This document shows positions 1 through 10,560 of a stretch of 64,000 bases of DNA, in pieces (the first letter of the stretch is position 1; each line of letters opens with the position of its first letter). The DNA lies in NCBI RefSeq assembly GCF_006345805.1, contig NC_043010.1, positions 1,860,001 to 1,924,000 on the forward strand, in the 5' to 3' direction. The translations under genes were made by a program, and so were the position numbers. The notes beneath the pieces were generated by a model that saw nothing but the letters and a program-made list of their open reading frames with translations, made no database searches and was not told the origin of the DNA. Origin of the DNA: Octopus sinensis (taxonomy: Eukaryota).

Positions 1-1036
1 CCCCACCTTCATCACTTTCACCCTAACCACTACCATTAACACCAATAACAGGCTACTAAAGGAGCTTCTTTATCATTGCATGACTTGTTAAACATAGCAG
101 CCAAATCTGTCTCAAATCATACTCTATTGCTTTAAATAATGAGGGAATATCCTGGATAATGTAGCCCTAGATACTTTATTTTAAAATATTTTTATGATTG
201 AAATAGCTTTGATCATGGGATTGATTGATCAGGATTGACCTGGGTTTAAATAAGCTCAGTAGCAACATTTTTTGCTATAAAACCACAGCCATAACTAATA
301 CCAACACAATAACCACAACCACCACCACCACCAACAACAACAACACCATCATAAAATATTACTAACAGCATCATGGCCACTGCCACCACCACCACTACCA
401 CTGACAGAAACATCATCGCCATCACAATCACCATTGCCAACAATAAACTCATTCTACCTTGAAAGATCATGTTGATAACAAAGGTTAGCAAGTCTTTGAG
501 GAAATTGTGCACTAATTTGCGTGGGTGTATGTATACACACACACACACACACACACAATATGTGCATGTACATGCATGTATGTATCTTTATGTGTGGGGA
601 TATCTGCATCTATGTGTGTATGCACATCAGTTTGTATGTATGAGTGTACATGGGTGTGTTTGCATGTGTGTGTTTAACTGTTGTGCCTCCTATGTCTATA
701 TATGTCTATATATGTTTTGCTAGAATGCCTCCACAGCGTATGTATTGCCATTCAAGGTAACAGTAAACATCGACACATCAAGATATTAAGTTCATCTTTT
801 CTTTATATTTCACACAATATTTCAAATATATTCTCTGATCAACACCATCTGACTTATCTCTACATCTATATTCACCACTATCTGTCTGTCTGTCGCTCTT
901 TAAACAAACACATACATATATACAGAAATGTTTCATGGTGAGAATATAAACATAACATTAGTAAGTCTATATATGTGTATATGTATATGCATATGTATGT
1001 GTGTGTACATATATATCTATGTATGTACATCTGTGT

Positions 1037-1068
<32 letters not shown>

Positions 1069-1293
1069 CACATATATATGTAAATTAAAATATACAGTAT
1101 TAGACATCAATTTCAGCTGATATCACCAGTCAGTTTCCCACTGGGTTTTATGTAACTGGATATTAGATAACAGTACAGTTAAGAATACCACATGCTCATC
1201 AAAGATGGCAGTTATTTAACTGTGCTGTTATATAATATCTTGTTATTTAATACCCAGTGTGAAACTGATCGGTAAGACTGGCTGGAATGGCTC

Positions 1294-1509
1294 TATGAGA
1301 GAGTGCTGAGAAGTTCCTGACTTTGAGCAAAAGAAAGAAGGATCAGTTAATTATGATTTTATTCAACATATTCCCATCTCAGATTGACACACTTATTGCA
1401 GCATTCCTTCATTTCTTCTAAGCCCTGTAAAAGAACTTGAAAGATTGGGTCTCTAATCGGGCCTTTTGCAATACCCTTAAAGCGGGGAACTTTTCAGAAC
1501 CCTCTCATA
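1294..1509. mobile_element. Mariner-type MITE (TA-flanked)
   Basis: Left end TATGAGAGAGTGCTGAGAAGTTCCTGACTTT matches the reverse complement of the right end (TATGAGAGGGTTCTGAAAAGTTCCCCGCTTT). TA at both ends. A second copy lies in the opposite orientation at 34853-35074. Confidence 0.75.
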
Positions 1510-1639
1510 TAATATTGTAAACATTGCTTAATAAACCCTTTCTGTTAAGAAATATACAAGTGCACATTTTACCTGCCATACTGATTCTTAGACAACTTTG
1601 CAACTATATATGTATGTGTAATTGTGTGTGTGTATATAT

Positions 1640-1830
1640 ATAGGGAGAGTTTATGAAAAAAAACAACAAAAGATGAAGACAGGTGGTGTACAAAACAAAC
1701 AGATGTATTAGTATAACACTCAGGAATAGAAAAAGTCTTTTATGTTTCGAGCCTATACTCTTCTACAGAAAGAGACACAGAAAACAAGGAGAGAAAAAAA
1801 AGTGTGTAGTGGCTAACGATCTATCATAAA
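1640..1830 (-). mobile_element. Short hammerhead-bearing element (Penelope pseudo-LTR-like) next to (TA)n
   Basis: Minus strand: pyrimidine-rich leader, hammerhead-like core, then TTCCTGAG, ending at a TA tract. Same architecture as 6400-6600 and 8521-8720. Confidence 0.5.
1737..1772 (-). ncRNA. Decayed minimal type I hammerhead ribozyme motif
   Basis: CTTT-CTGTAGA-A-GAGT-ATAG-GCTC-GAAA-CATA-AAAG. Helix I CTTT/AAAG and stem II pair. A6 is changed to U and the palindromic helix III ACGT is changed to ACAT. Confidence 0.5.
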
Positions 1831-1966
1831 GTATAGGGGTTTAGTTCACAGGTGATCTAAATGATTAGATATGCTACATAAGTGCTGTAATGGATAATGA
1901 GGCTCCAAGGCTATAGCCGAGATGGTAGCTCTGGAGCCATTGCCGATTTCTGATGCACCAGATATA

Positions 1967-2300
1967 TAATTGTTAAACAGGACGTCAAACATTTAGGCAA
2001 GGCAAACATCTCAAATCTTATACAATATCATTACAGGAAGAAATTTAAAATCTTACAGCCCATTACAAAATCTTTGCCCACCGTGCTAACATTTCTGCCA
2101 GCTCGCCACCTTATCTTATTGATATGTACCATTCTCATTTTCATATTTTTTCCCCAATTTGTCTCTGATGACAGAATATCTCATACTCAGGGATATCCCA
2201 GAAAACAGCTGTAAGATTTTGAATTTCTTCCTATAATGAAACTGTATAAGATTTGAGATGTTTGCCTTGCCTTAATCTTTGACTTCCTGTTTAACAATTA
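1967..2300. repeat. Inverted repeat, arms of about 93 bp
   Basis: 1967-2059 (TAATTGTTAAACAGG...AAAATCTTACAGC) is the reverse complement of 2208-2300 with scattered substitutions. The spacer of about 150 bp contains a family A SINE head fragment. Confidence 0.85.
2162..2216 (+). ncRNA. Degenerate hammerhead-like motif
   Basis: TCT-CTGATGA-[partly paired AATATC...GATAT stem]-GAAA-ACAGCTGT-A-AGA. Intact core, palindromic helix III, GUA triplet; stem II has several mismatches. Confidence 0.35.
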
Positions 2301-2648
2301 CACACACACACACACACACATGGACTGGAAAATTTTACCATTCTCAAATAAACTCAATGGAACCCACATAGAAATAGAAATTCTTCAATGAAAGGTATAA
2401 AACTAGACATACTTCCTGGCATTTCAACATCCTCAGTCCTTCCTTTGATAGTGACTACTAGTGACTACTAGTAATATAATACTAGACATGCAATGGCTGT
2501 CTGGTCAAGAAGTAAAGCTCTCCAGCCATATGCCCTTGGGTCCAGTCCGATTGTGTGGCACCTTGGTTAAGTATTTTCTTCAATAGCCCTGGACTCAGCA
2601 AAGCCCTGTGAGCGAATTTGGTACATGGAAAGTGAAAGAAATCTGTCA

Positions 2649-2818
2649 GCAGGAGTGGCTGTGTGGTAAGTAGCTTGCTTACCAACCACATGGTTCCAGG
2701 TTCGTTCCCACCGTGTGGCACCTTGGGCAACTTCCTTCTACTATAGCCTCGGGCCGACCAAAGTTTTGTGAGTGAATTTGGTAGATGGAAACTGAAAGAA
2801 GCCTGTCGTATATATGTA
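2649..2818 (+). mobile_element. SINE family B, 5' half (tRNA-like head)
   Basis: GGAGTGGCTGTGTGGTAAG (A-box-like) and GGTTCGTTCCC (B-box-like), then the shared core CCTTGGGCAA...GGAAACTGAAAGAAGCC seen in many copies across the window. Confidence 0.8.
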
Positions 2819-2889
2819 TCTCTCATGGTTGAGCTGCTACTTTTTCCATAGTAAAGGGTCATGGCACCATTAGTACATGTGATTAGAAT

Positions 2890-3090
2890 GTCACAGGGAA
2901 GAATCATAAGACAGATTCTTCAAGCCAAGCCAACTAGCAGGAGATCTACAGGTAAACCAACAGCAAATTGGTTGGATAATATCTATATTATCAGTTGGTT
3001 ATGCTTGCACTTCCAGCTGAAAAGTCTGTCAGTTGTTTCTGATAGGGCCCTACAGAAGAGGTGCCTGAGAGCTATACCTACATGACGTTC
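2890..3090 (+). mobile_element. RTE-clade LINE 3' relic (ORF C-terminus)
   Basis: Translation RIIRQILQAKPTSRRSTGKPTANWLDNI...W...LSVVSDRALQKRCLRAIP resembles the RTE/Expander-type C-terminus (PTGRRPRGRP-RW-D-I...W...DR...LLP). Family assignment is from memory. Confidence 0.55.
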
Positions 3091-4076
3091 CCAGAAATAG
3101 AGGGTGGAGAAGAAGAATGGTTAGTTTAAACTTGTTTTTTCATGAGATTAAAAGACTTAAGAAAAGACAATTGAGTCTTTTCACTCATTGAAGAACTTAG
3201 CAAAGGTATACAAGACAAAACCAACATCCTCCCACTGTTACAACTAAGACGCATATATGCAGTCATGTAATCACGTAGAAATTGTAACCAAATGTCCCTC
3301 AAATAACAACTGTCTCTTTAAAAATGTCCTGAATGTCTGAAAAAAAATATGAGATGGGGATGTGTGGGAAATTTTTGTCATGTCCCGGTTAATCAAGCCT
3401 TGAGGTAAACAACAACAATAAATTGAATAATATCTTTATATTCCACCCTGCTGTAAAGCTTCAGCATTTATGTGTGTGTACGAAATAATGGTTGTGCTAT
3501 TATTAAGTGGTGTAGATACAACAGACAGATAGACGGTCACACTGATTGATAGAAAAATTAACCAGATAAGAGAAATTCAGAGAATAGATATCTATTCCAT
3601 TAGTTTACAGCTGTTTCGTAATCTCTGTTAGTTACATGAATGACATTATATCATCATTCACGCATATACATAAATATACATTATAGATGCACATACACAT
3701 ATACAAATATAATTGTTGTTGTTGTAGCATAAGTAACAGACTACACTTCAGAATGTTTCATGGCAAGTTAGATGGGGAGGCACAAGCATCATCCTCATGT
3801 CCACTCTTCCCTGGCTTAGGTCAGACTGAAATTGCTGAGACAGATTTCTATGGTTGGATGCTCTTCCTGTCATCAGCACTCGCCTGTTTCCTAGAAAGGT
3901 AATATTGCCCTGCAGCTGAACATGTTTTCATAGAAGATTGGTGATGAAAGACACTAATACACTAGTGACACTATCTTACCACACTCATGCTAGGTCAAAA
4001 TAAGGAGCCACCAACTCATGCACATACATGCATGCCTATATATATATATATGTACACACACACACACACACACATA

Positions 4077-4329
4077 TATTGGGTTGGAACATAATTATTG
4101 CAGCTTTTTTTCAACATATTTTATTCAACAAAAACCATAACATGTAACAAAAACATCTTTAAATGATTATTCCAGAGCATATTCACCATCTACTTCAATT
4201 ACTGCTTCCCATTTGCTTGGCAGACGATCAGACCATCATTTAAAGATGTTTTTGTTAAATATTGTTATTGTTTTTGTTGAATAAAATTTGTTGAAAAAAA
4301 AACTACAATAATTATGCACCAACCCAATA
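4077..4329. mobile_element. Mariner-derived MITE with long TIRs
   Basis: Ends TATTGGGTTGGAACATAATTATTG / CAATAATTATGCACCAACCCAATA; inverted arms extend about 90 bp. The internal minus-strand remnant LPSKWEAVIEVDGEY matches the mariner transposase C-terminal motif. It sits in a TA/CA tract. Confidence 0.85.
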
Positions 4330-4354
4330 TATATATATGTATACACACACACAC

Positions 4355-4394
<40 letters not shown>

Positions 4395-5523
4395 GGGCAC
4401 CTTTCAATTTCTGTCCACTAAATCCACTAATAGGGCTTTGTTTAGTCTAGAGCTATGGGAGAAGACACTTACCTCAGATGCCATGCAGAGGGACTGAACC
4501 TGGAACTATGTGTTTGAGAAGCAAACTTCTTAACCACACAGCTACAACTTATATACACACATTCATACATACATGCTCCTACAAATACATACACATATGT
4601 ATACACACACACTTTTGTCATGCCACACTAAAAGTGTCTTTTCACACAGATAAGTCATTTTCTTTTTATATGTGTGTATGTATATGTGCATGTGTATATA
4701 TATATATCTATATATATATACACACACACATACATACATAAAGAGAGAGATATGTACTTATAGGTGCATGTCTGTTTTTACCAACACACATACACACATA
4801 TATCTGAATATATGTATGTCTCCTATGAAATTTGTCCAATACACAAAGCTCCCTAGAGCCAAGCAACAGGCTACAGAAATGTCATGATCCAAAGTGTTGG
4901 AAGCAAATCCCGATATATCCAATATCCAATAACACAGATTAATCGGTTTTCTTTAATTCCTGCTATCCACTTTGCCTGGTCAACAACAGATTGTAGTTTC
5001 TCTGCCTTCCATCCTAACCCTAACCTTTCCCACCTCCCATTTTTCTGTGGTATCTTTGGCCTCCATTCTCTCTTTTGTTTTGTTTTGTTTACACACCTAT
5101 CTTCATCATTTGTTCTCAGTTTAAGTATTTGGGTGTGTGTGTGTGTGTGACATTCAATGTTCATGTTCCATTCTTGCACGAATTGAATGTGTGTGTATAT
5201 GTTTTTATATGTATGTGTATATGTATGCATATCTGTGTGTGTGTGTGTATATATATAGAGAGAGAGAGAGAAAGTGAGATTTATACACACAAGCATATGT
5301 ACATACATATATGTATGTATGCATTTATATATATATATATATACTCACACACACAAATATATATGCATACACATATGTATCTATGCAAATATATATATAC
5401 AAATATATATATATATACACACACACAAACATATACATACATGTATATATATGCATGCATACATACATAAATATATAACCATACAATCTATGCCAGCATA
5501 GAAGATGTATATTAAATGATGGT

Positions 5524-5555
<32 letters not shown>

Positions 5556-5973
5556 CACACACATTTATATGTACATACAAGCATACTCACATACACACAA
5601 CACAATGTTCTCTACAGTTCTTGCACATGTCTATGTCAAGGTATGGCAACTGTTGTGCGATTTGAGGCAGGAGTAGGAATTCACAGCTGTCTTTTTGTCT
5701 CCAGAAAAATTAACGTCATTTCTTTAATGGCATCTTAATTCCAAAGAATTGCACATTCCTTGAGATTATCTGCCTTGCTCATTTGATGTCATTCCTAATT
5801 GTCACTTGGTGTTTGTTTACCTTCTCTCAGAACAGAGACAATTTCAATAAAGCAAGAATTTGTCATGCAGATAGATAGTGGATTTTTTTAGCCGTGATTG
5901 CATACATGAACATCTTTGCATGTATTAGTACTTATGTTGATTGTACATATAAACATATACACATACATGTTCA

Positions 5974-6011
<38 letters not shown>

Positions 6012-6399
6012 TATAACAGATTAAAGGGGATTTAGAAATCCAAGTTGTTACCTCCATCAACATTCCAGTGAATATTGGCTTGCAAAGTGCACAGAAGAGA
6101 ATAGATTTCCTTAAAGGAAAACGTTTTGAACCAACTGAAATACCAGAAAGACTATAACGCAGAAAGTTCAAGAATGGAAATGTTGGTACTACTTTCTTCA
6201 ACTTATTGTATGAGTATGTATATATGTTTATGTAAGGGCAGCTGCATTGAACTCTCTCATGCACCAAATGGCAATTGTTAAAAAGCATTCGTGAAGTAAA
6301 ATCATGTAGCAACACCGAATGGTGGTGCCCCAGCATGGCCACAGCTCGTGAGCTGAAACTAGATAAAATAAAAAATATATATATATATTTTCAGTATGT

Positions 6400-6600
6400 G
6401 ACCTCGTGAAGACCACTTGCATTTTTTTTTCCCTCTGTCCTCCCACCTCGGGATCTTTCTTTCTCCTATGTTTCCGACGAAGAGCTCCGCTCGAAACGTC
6501 ATACCCTCCTTCTACCCTTCTTTCCTGAGCGCCCAATAATACTTTATTTGTTCCACATCCTTGCGTTGTTGTCTTTTTGTTTTCTTGTTTGGATTAACTT
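6400..6600 (+). mobile_element. Short hammerhead-bearing element, copy 1
   Basis: Homologous to 8521-8720: shared GACGAAG.GCTCCGCTCGAAACGT, TTTCCTGAGC..CCAATAA and terminal TTTGGATTAACT followed by (TA)n. Confidence 0.65.
6470..6504 (+). ncRNA. Minimal hammerhead motif (U4 changed to C)
   Basis: GTTT-CCGACGA-A-GAGC-TCC-GCTC-GAAA-CGTC-ATAC. Perfect 4-bp stem II, palindromic ACGT helix III, GUC triplet. Confidence 0.6.
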
Positions 6601-6642
<42 letters not shown>

Positions 6643-6904
6643 TTAGTGAGGGGTTATCAATCCAAGCAAAATACTCTATAAGCTCTCTGTTAGTACATCA
6701 GGCTAACGATATTTTTTAGATTAGTAAAGAACTCTGGGTTATTCTGGTGGCAGAGTCTGAGGTCATAGTTCATCACCATTCTATATTGTGAATCCATGGT
6801 TCTATTCCAGTTATACTGTTTTTTTTTGTTTTTTTTTACAGAATGACATACAAGACAAAACATAAATAATAGATGGATAGAGAGATAGATGTAGAGACAC
6901 ACAC

Positions 6905-6948
6905 ACAGTCCAATGAAGGCTAACAGGTCGAAACTTCGAAGTCCCTGT
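6905..6948 (+). ncRNA. Decayed type I hammerhead motif with closed helix III
   Basis: ACAGT-CCAATGA-A-GGC-TAACAG-GTC-GAAA-CT-TCGA-AG-TC-CCTGT. Helix I has 4 of 5 pairs, stem II 3 pairs (one G-U), helix III 3 pairs, and a GUC triplet. The core has two substitutions relative to CTGATGA. Confidence 0.5.
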
Positions 6949-6954
6949 TAACCC

Positions 6955-7165
6955 TCATCATCATCATCATTTAACATCCGCCTTTCCCGCTAGCATGGAT
7001 TGGACAGTTTGACAGGAGCTGGCCAGGAATGAGCCTACACTAAACTTCTTTGTATGTTTTGGCACAGTTTCTACAGCTGGATGCCCTTCCTAATACCAAC
7101 TGCCCAGCAGAGTGGACAGAGTGCTTTTTACAGAGCACAAGCACAGCTGAGGTCACCTTCTAATA
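6955..7165 (-). mobile_element. SINE/LINE-tail family C fragment with (GAT)n tail
   Basis: Reverse complement of the GGAAGGGCATCCAGCTGTAGAAAC...CCATGCTAGC...GATGATGAT element seen at 9056-9380, 36975-37200 and 62232-62380. Confidence 0.75.
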
Positions 7166-7215
7166 ACAGTATTCTTATTCTACAAAAGAATATTGAGTAA
7201 TTCTGCAGTTTAATG

Positions 7216-7662
7216 TACTCTTTACTCTTTTACTCTTTTACTTGTTTCAGTCATTTGACTGTGGCCATGCTGGAGCACTGCCTTTAGTCGAGCAAATCGA
7301 CCCCGGGACTTATTTTTTGTAAGCCCAGTACTTATTCTATCGGTCTCTTTTTGCCAAACTGCTAAGTGACGGGGACGTAAACACACCAGCATCGGTTGTC
7401 AAGCAATGCTAGAGGGACAAACACAGACACACAAACATATATATACACATACATACATATACATATATACACATACATATATATATATATACATATATAC
7501 GACAGGCTTCTTTCAGTTTCCGTCTACCAAATCCACTCACAAGGCATTGGTCGGCCCGAGGCTATAGCAGAAGACATTTTGCCCAAGATGCCATGCAGTG
7601 GGACTGAACCCAGAACCATGTGGCTGGTTAGCAAGCTATTTACCACACAGCCACTCCTGTAC
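7216..7662 (-). mobile_element. SINE family B, full length
   Basis: tRNA-like head at the 7662 end, internal (TA)/(CA) microsatellite, 3' tail CCAGCATGGCCACAGTC...GAAACAAGTAAAAGAG repeats. Confidence 0.85.
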
Positions 7663-8520
7663 AATTGTTTCTATTATAACTTGTCATAAAAACAAACATG
7701 AATATAGGCATAATATGACTGAATTGTTAATAAGTTTACTTTGCTACCATGAGATCTCAGGTTCAATTCCACAGCATGACAGCTTAAGCAAATGTCATTT
7801 TCTATGAGCTCAAGCTGACTCATACTCTTCAAATAAAATTGGGTCAATGGAAACTGTACAGAATCCTATGATACTGATTCTTCCTGAGAATTACATTAAG
7901 GGTGTGTGTGTAGAACGTACAGCCATTTACCATTCAGGAGCAAGTAGACCAGTTCATTGAATATCTGAATCCTCATTGTTGAACAATCGAAACCCACCAC
8001 CTTACACACACACACTACTACTGATATCATTAGAATTCAAAAACTTTCAGGAGGGCATGAAATAACTCTGTTTTGGAACAGTGGGTCTTGAATCACACAA
8101 AGCTATACATAATAGCATGTAAATTTCGTGTTGGCCAGCCTTCAACTTTTTTTTATCTAAAAGGGATTTTAAATAATTTATAGTTTTGTGTGTGTGTGTG
8201 AGCTTCAAGATCCACTGTTCCAAAAAAAGAAAGTGTATGTATGTATGTATGAAACCATCTGTCTATCAAATATATTTATATATCTAATTTCACTGTGTGT
8301 GTCTGTATTTTTAATTGTTTCCATCATTGGACTGCAGCCATACTGGGGCAACCCCAGAACTTGGTCTTTTCTGTCTGGCATTTATTTTATTTATCCTTTT
8401 GCTGAACACCTATATTACGAGGGACATCAACAAACCAACACTGGTTGGGGAAAATGACATACATAAACACAATGCCACACACACTACCTCTGTGTGTGTG
8501 TATGTGTGTGACTGCGTGTG

Positions 8521-8716
8521 TAATCGTTGGCGATTTTCTTCCTCTGTCTTCCCTTCCTTGAACCTTTTTTTTCTGTTTCTGACGAAGTGCTCCGCTCGAA
8601 ACGTTAACTCCTCCCCTTTTCTTTCCTTTCCTGAGCATCCAATAACACTATACTTGTTTCACGCCCTCGCATTGTTGTGTTTTCTCTTTGTGTTTTCATG
8701 TTTGGATTAACTTTAA

Positions 8717-8720
<4 letters not shown>
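8521..8720 (+). mobile_element. Short hammerhead-bearing element, copy 2 (motif at 8575-8608)
   Basis: GTTT-CTGACGA-A-GTGC-TCC-GCTC-GAAA-CGTT-AAC: canonical core, one mismatch in stem II. Homologous to 6400-6600 and followed by a long (TA)n. Confidence 0.65.
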
Positions 8721-8766
<46 letters not shown>

Positions 8767-8896
8767 TTTTTATATTAAAGGTGCAAAATGAACAGTCTTG
8801 TGATAATTTTGCAGCTTTAATGAAAAGAATGTTACTCTAACTTTGGTATTCAAGTACTTTTTTCCACCTTGTTTTGCACTTATGTGCTCACCTGTA

Positions 8897-8932
<36 letters not shown>

Positions 8933-9192
8933 GCCACCTGCACAGGTGCCAGGCGGGGCTGGCAACGGCCATGGTCAGATTGGTGTATTTTATGTGCCAC
9001 CGGCACGGAAGCCAGTCGAGGCGGTGCTGGCATCGGCCACGAGTCGGATAGTGCTGGTGGTACGTAAAAAGCACTATCCAACTCGTGGCCGATGCCAGCA
9101 CCGCCTCGACTGGCTTCCATGCCGGTGGCACATAAAATACACCAATCTGACCGTGGCCGTTGCCAGCCCCGCCTGGCACCTGTGCAGGTGGC
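8933..9192. repeat. Near-perfect 123-bp fold-back inverted repeat
   Basis: Arms 8933-9055 and 9070-9192, 14-nt spacer, three mismatches, all CG/TG type. Confidence 0.95.
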
Positions 9193-9378
9193 ACGTAAAA
9201 AGCACCCACTACACTCACGGAGTGGTTGGCGTTAGGAAGGGCATCCAGCTGTAGAAACATTGCCAAATTAGACTGGAGCCTGATGCAGCCTTCTGGCTTC
9301 CCAGAACCCCGGTCGAACCGTCCAACCCATGCTAGCATGGAGAACGGACGTTAAACGACGACGATGATGATGATGATG

Positions 9379-9380
<2 letters not shown>
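9056..9380 (+). mobile_element. Family C element with (GAT)n tail
   Basis: GGCACGTAAAAAGCAC subrepeats, GGCGTTAGGAAGGGCATCCAGC, and CCATGCTAGCATGG...GATGATGAT tail. Confidence 0.8.
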
Positions 9381-9429
<49 letters not shown>

Positions 9430-9616
9430 CACACATGTCTGTTTTCTACACTGTTTCCATCAACCAAATTCACTTTCAATGAATTTGTCAGCCCAGGGCT
9501 ATAGTAGAAGACACTTTTCCCAAGGTGATGTGCATTGGGACAGAACCCAAAATCACATGATGCCAAAGCTAGCTTCTTAACGACACAGCCATGTATACAT
9601 GCATACACACATATAT

Positions 9617-9697
<81 letters not shown>

Positions 9698-9714
9698 GAG
9701 CTCCAGTATCAAAC

Positions 9715-10139
9715 ACTCATCATCAGGTACATAATCAGCATGCACATCATCATTAAGATCACCACAGTCAAATATCAACATCGTCATCATCATCCTCGTC
9801 ATCATCCTCATCATGCACCTCGTCATCATCACCTTAGGTTTATCTTTGGCTCATTCCCCAATGGGCATTATTCCATGGTTCTTTGTGTTGGGTGGCCAGA
9901 GTGACTATCAATCATCATAACTTAGGAAGTGAGAAACTGCAGGGAGTTGATAATGGTGATGATGGTGGTGATGGTTACGTTGGTGGTAGTTGTTGGAGAG
10001 GAATTTGGAGTTGTTTGTAATGGTGCTAGTAATAGTGGTGGTTGTGGTGGTGGTGGTAGCAGATGTTTACAATGGTGTTAAGTGGTGGTGGTGATGGCTG
10101 TGGTTGTAAGATAGGAGCTGAACTTGTTTGTAGTGGTGC

Positions 10140-10172
<33 letters not shown>

Positions 10173-10560
10173 CAGTGGTAGTAGTGAATGTTTACGATGG
10201 TGTTAAATATTGGTGGTTGTGATGGTGGTAACATTTGTGTTGGTAATGGTGGTGGTGGTGGTGGTGTTGGCTCTGGTTGTGAGGTAGGAGCTGGAGTTGT
10301 TTGTAGTGGCGTTAGTAATAGATGTGGATGTGGAGGTGGTGGTGAGGGTTGTGACGTTGGTTGCAAATGATGATGGTTTTGGCAGTGGTCAAGGTGGTGC
10401 TGAGGTATCGAATAATGGTGTTGATGGTGGCAGCGGCAGATGGTTTTGATGGTGTTAAATAGTGTTAGTAGTGGTGGTAGTATTGGTAGTGGTGGCAACA
10501 GCTGATCTTGGTGGTGTAAATAAAGGCTGGCACTAGTAGACACATCACAGTGGGACTCCT
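9715..10560. repeat. Degenerate trinucleotide (CAT/GGT/GTT/AGT) low-complexity tract with higher-order repeats
   Basis: Recurrent blocks similar to GGAGCTGGAGTTGTTTGTAGTGGTGCTAGTA near 9997, 10113 and 10286, and ATGTTTAC.ATGGTGTTAA near 10062 and 10188. Confidence 0.8.
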
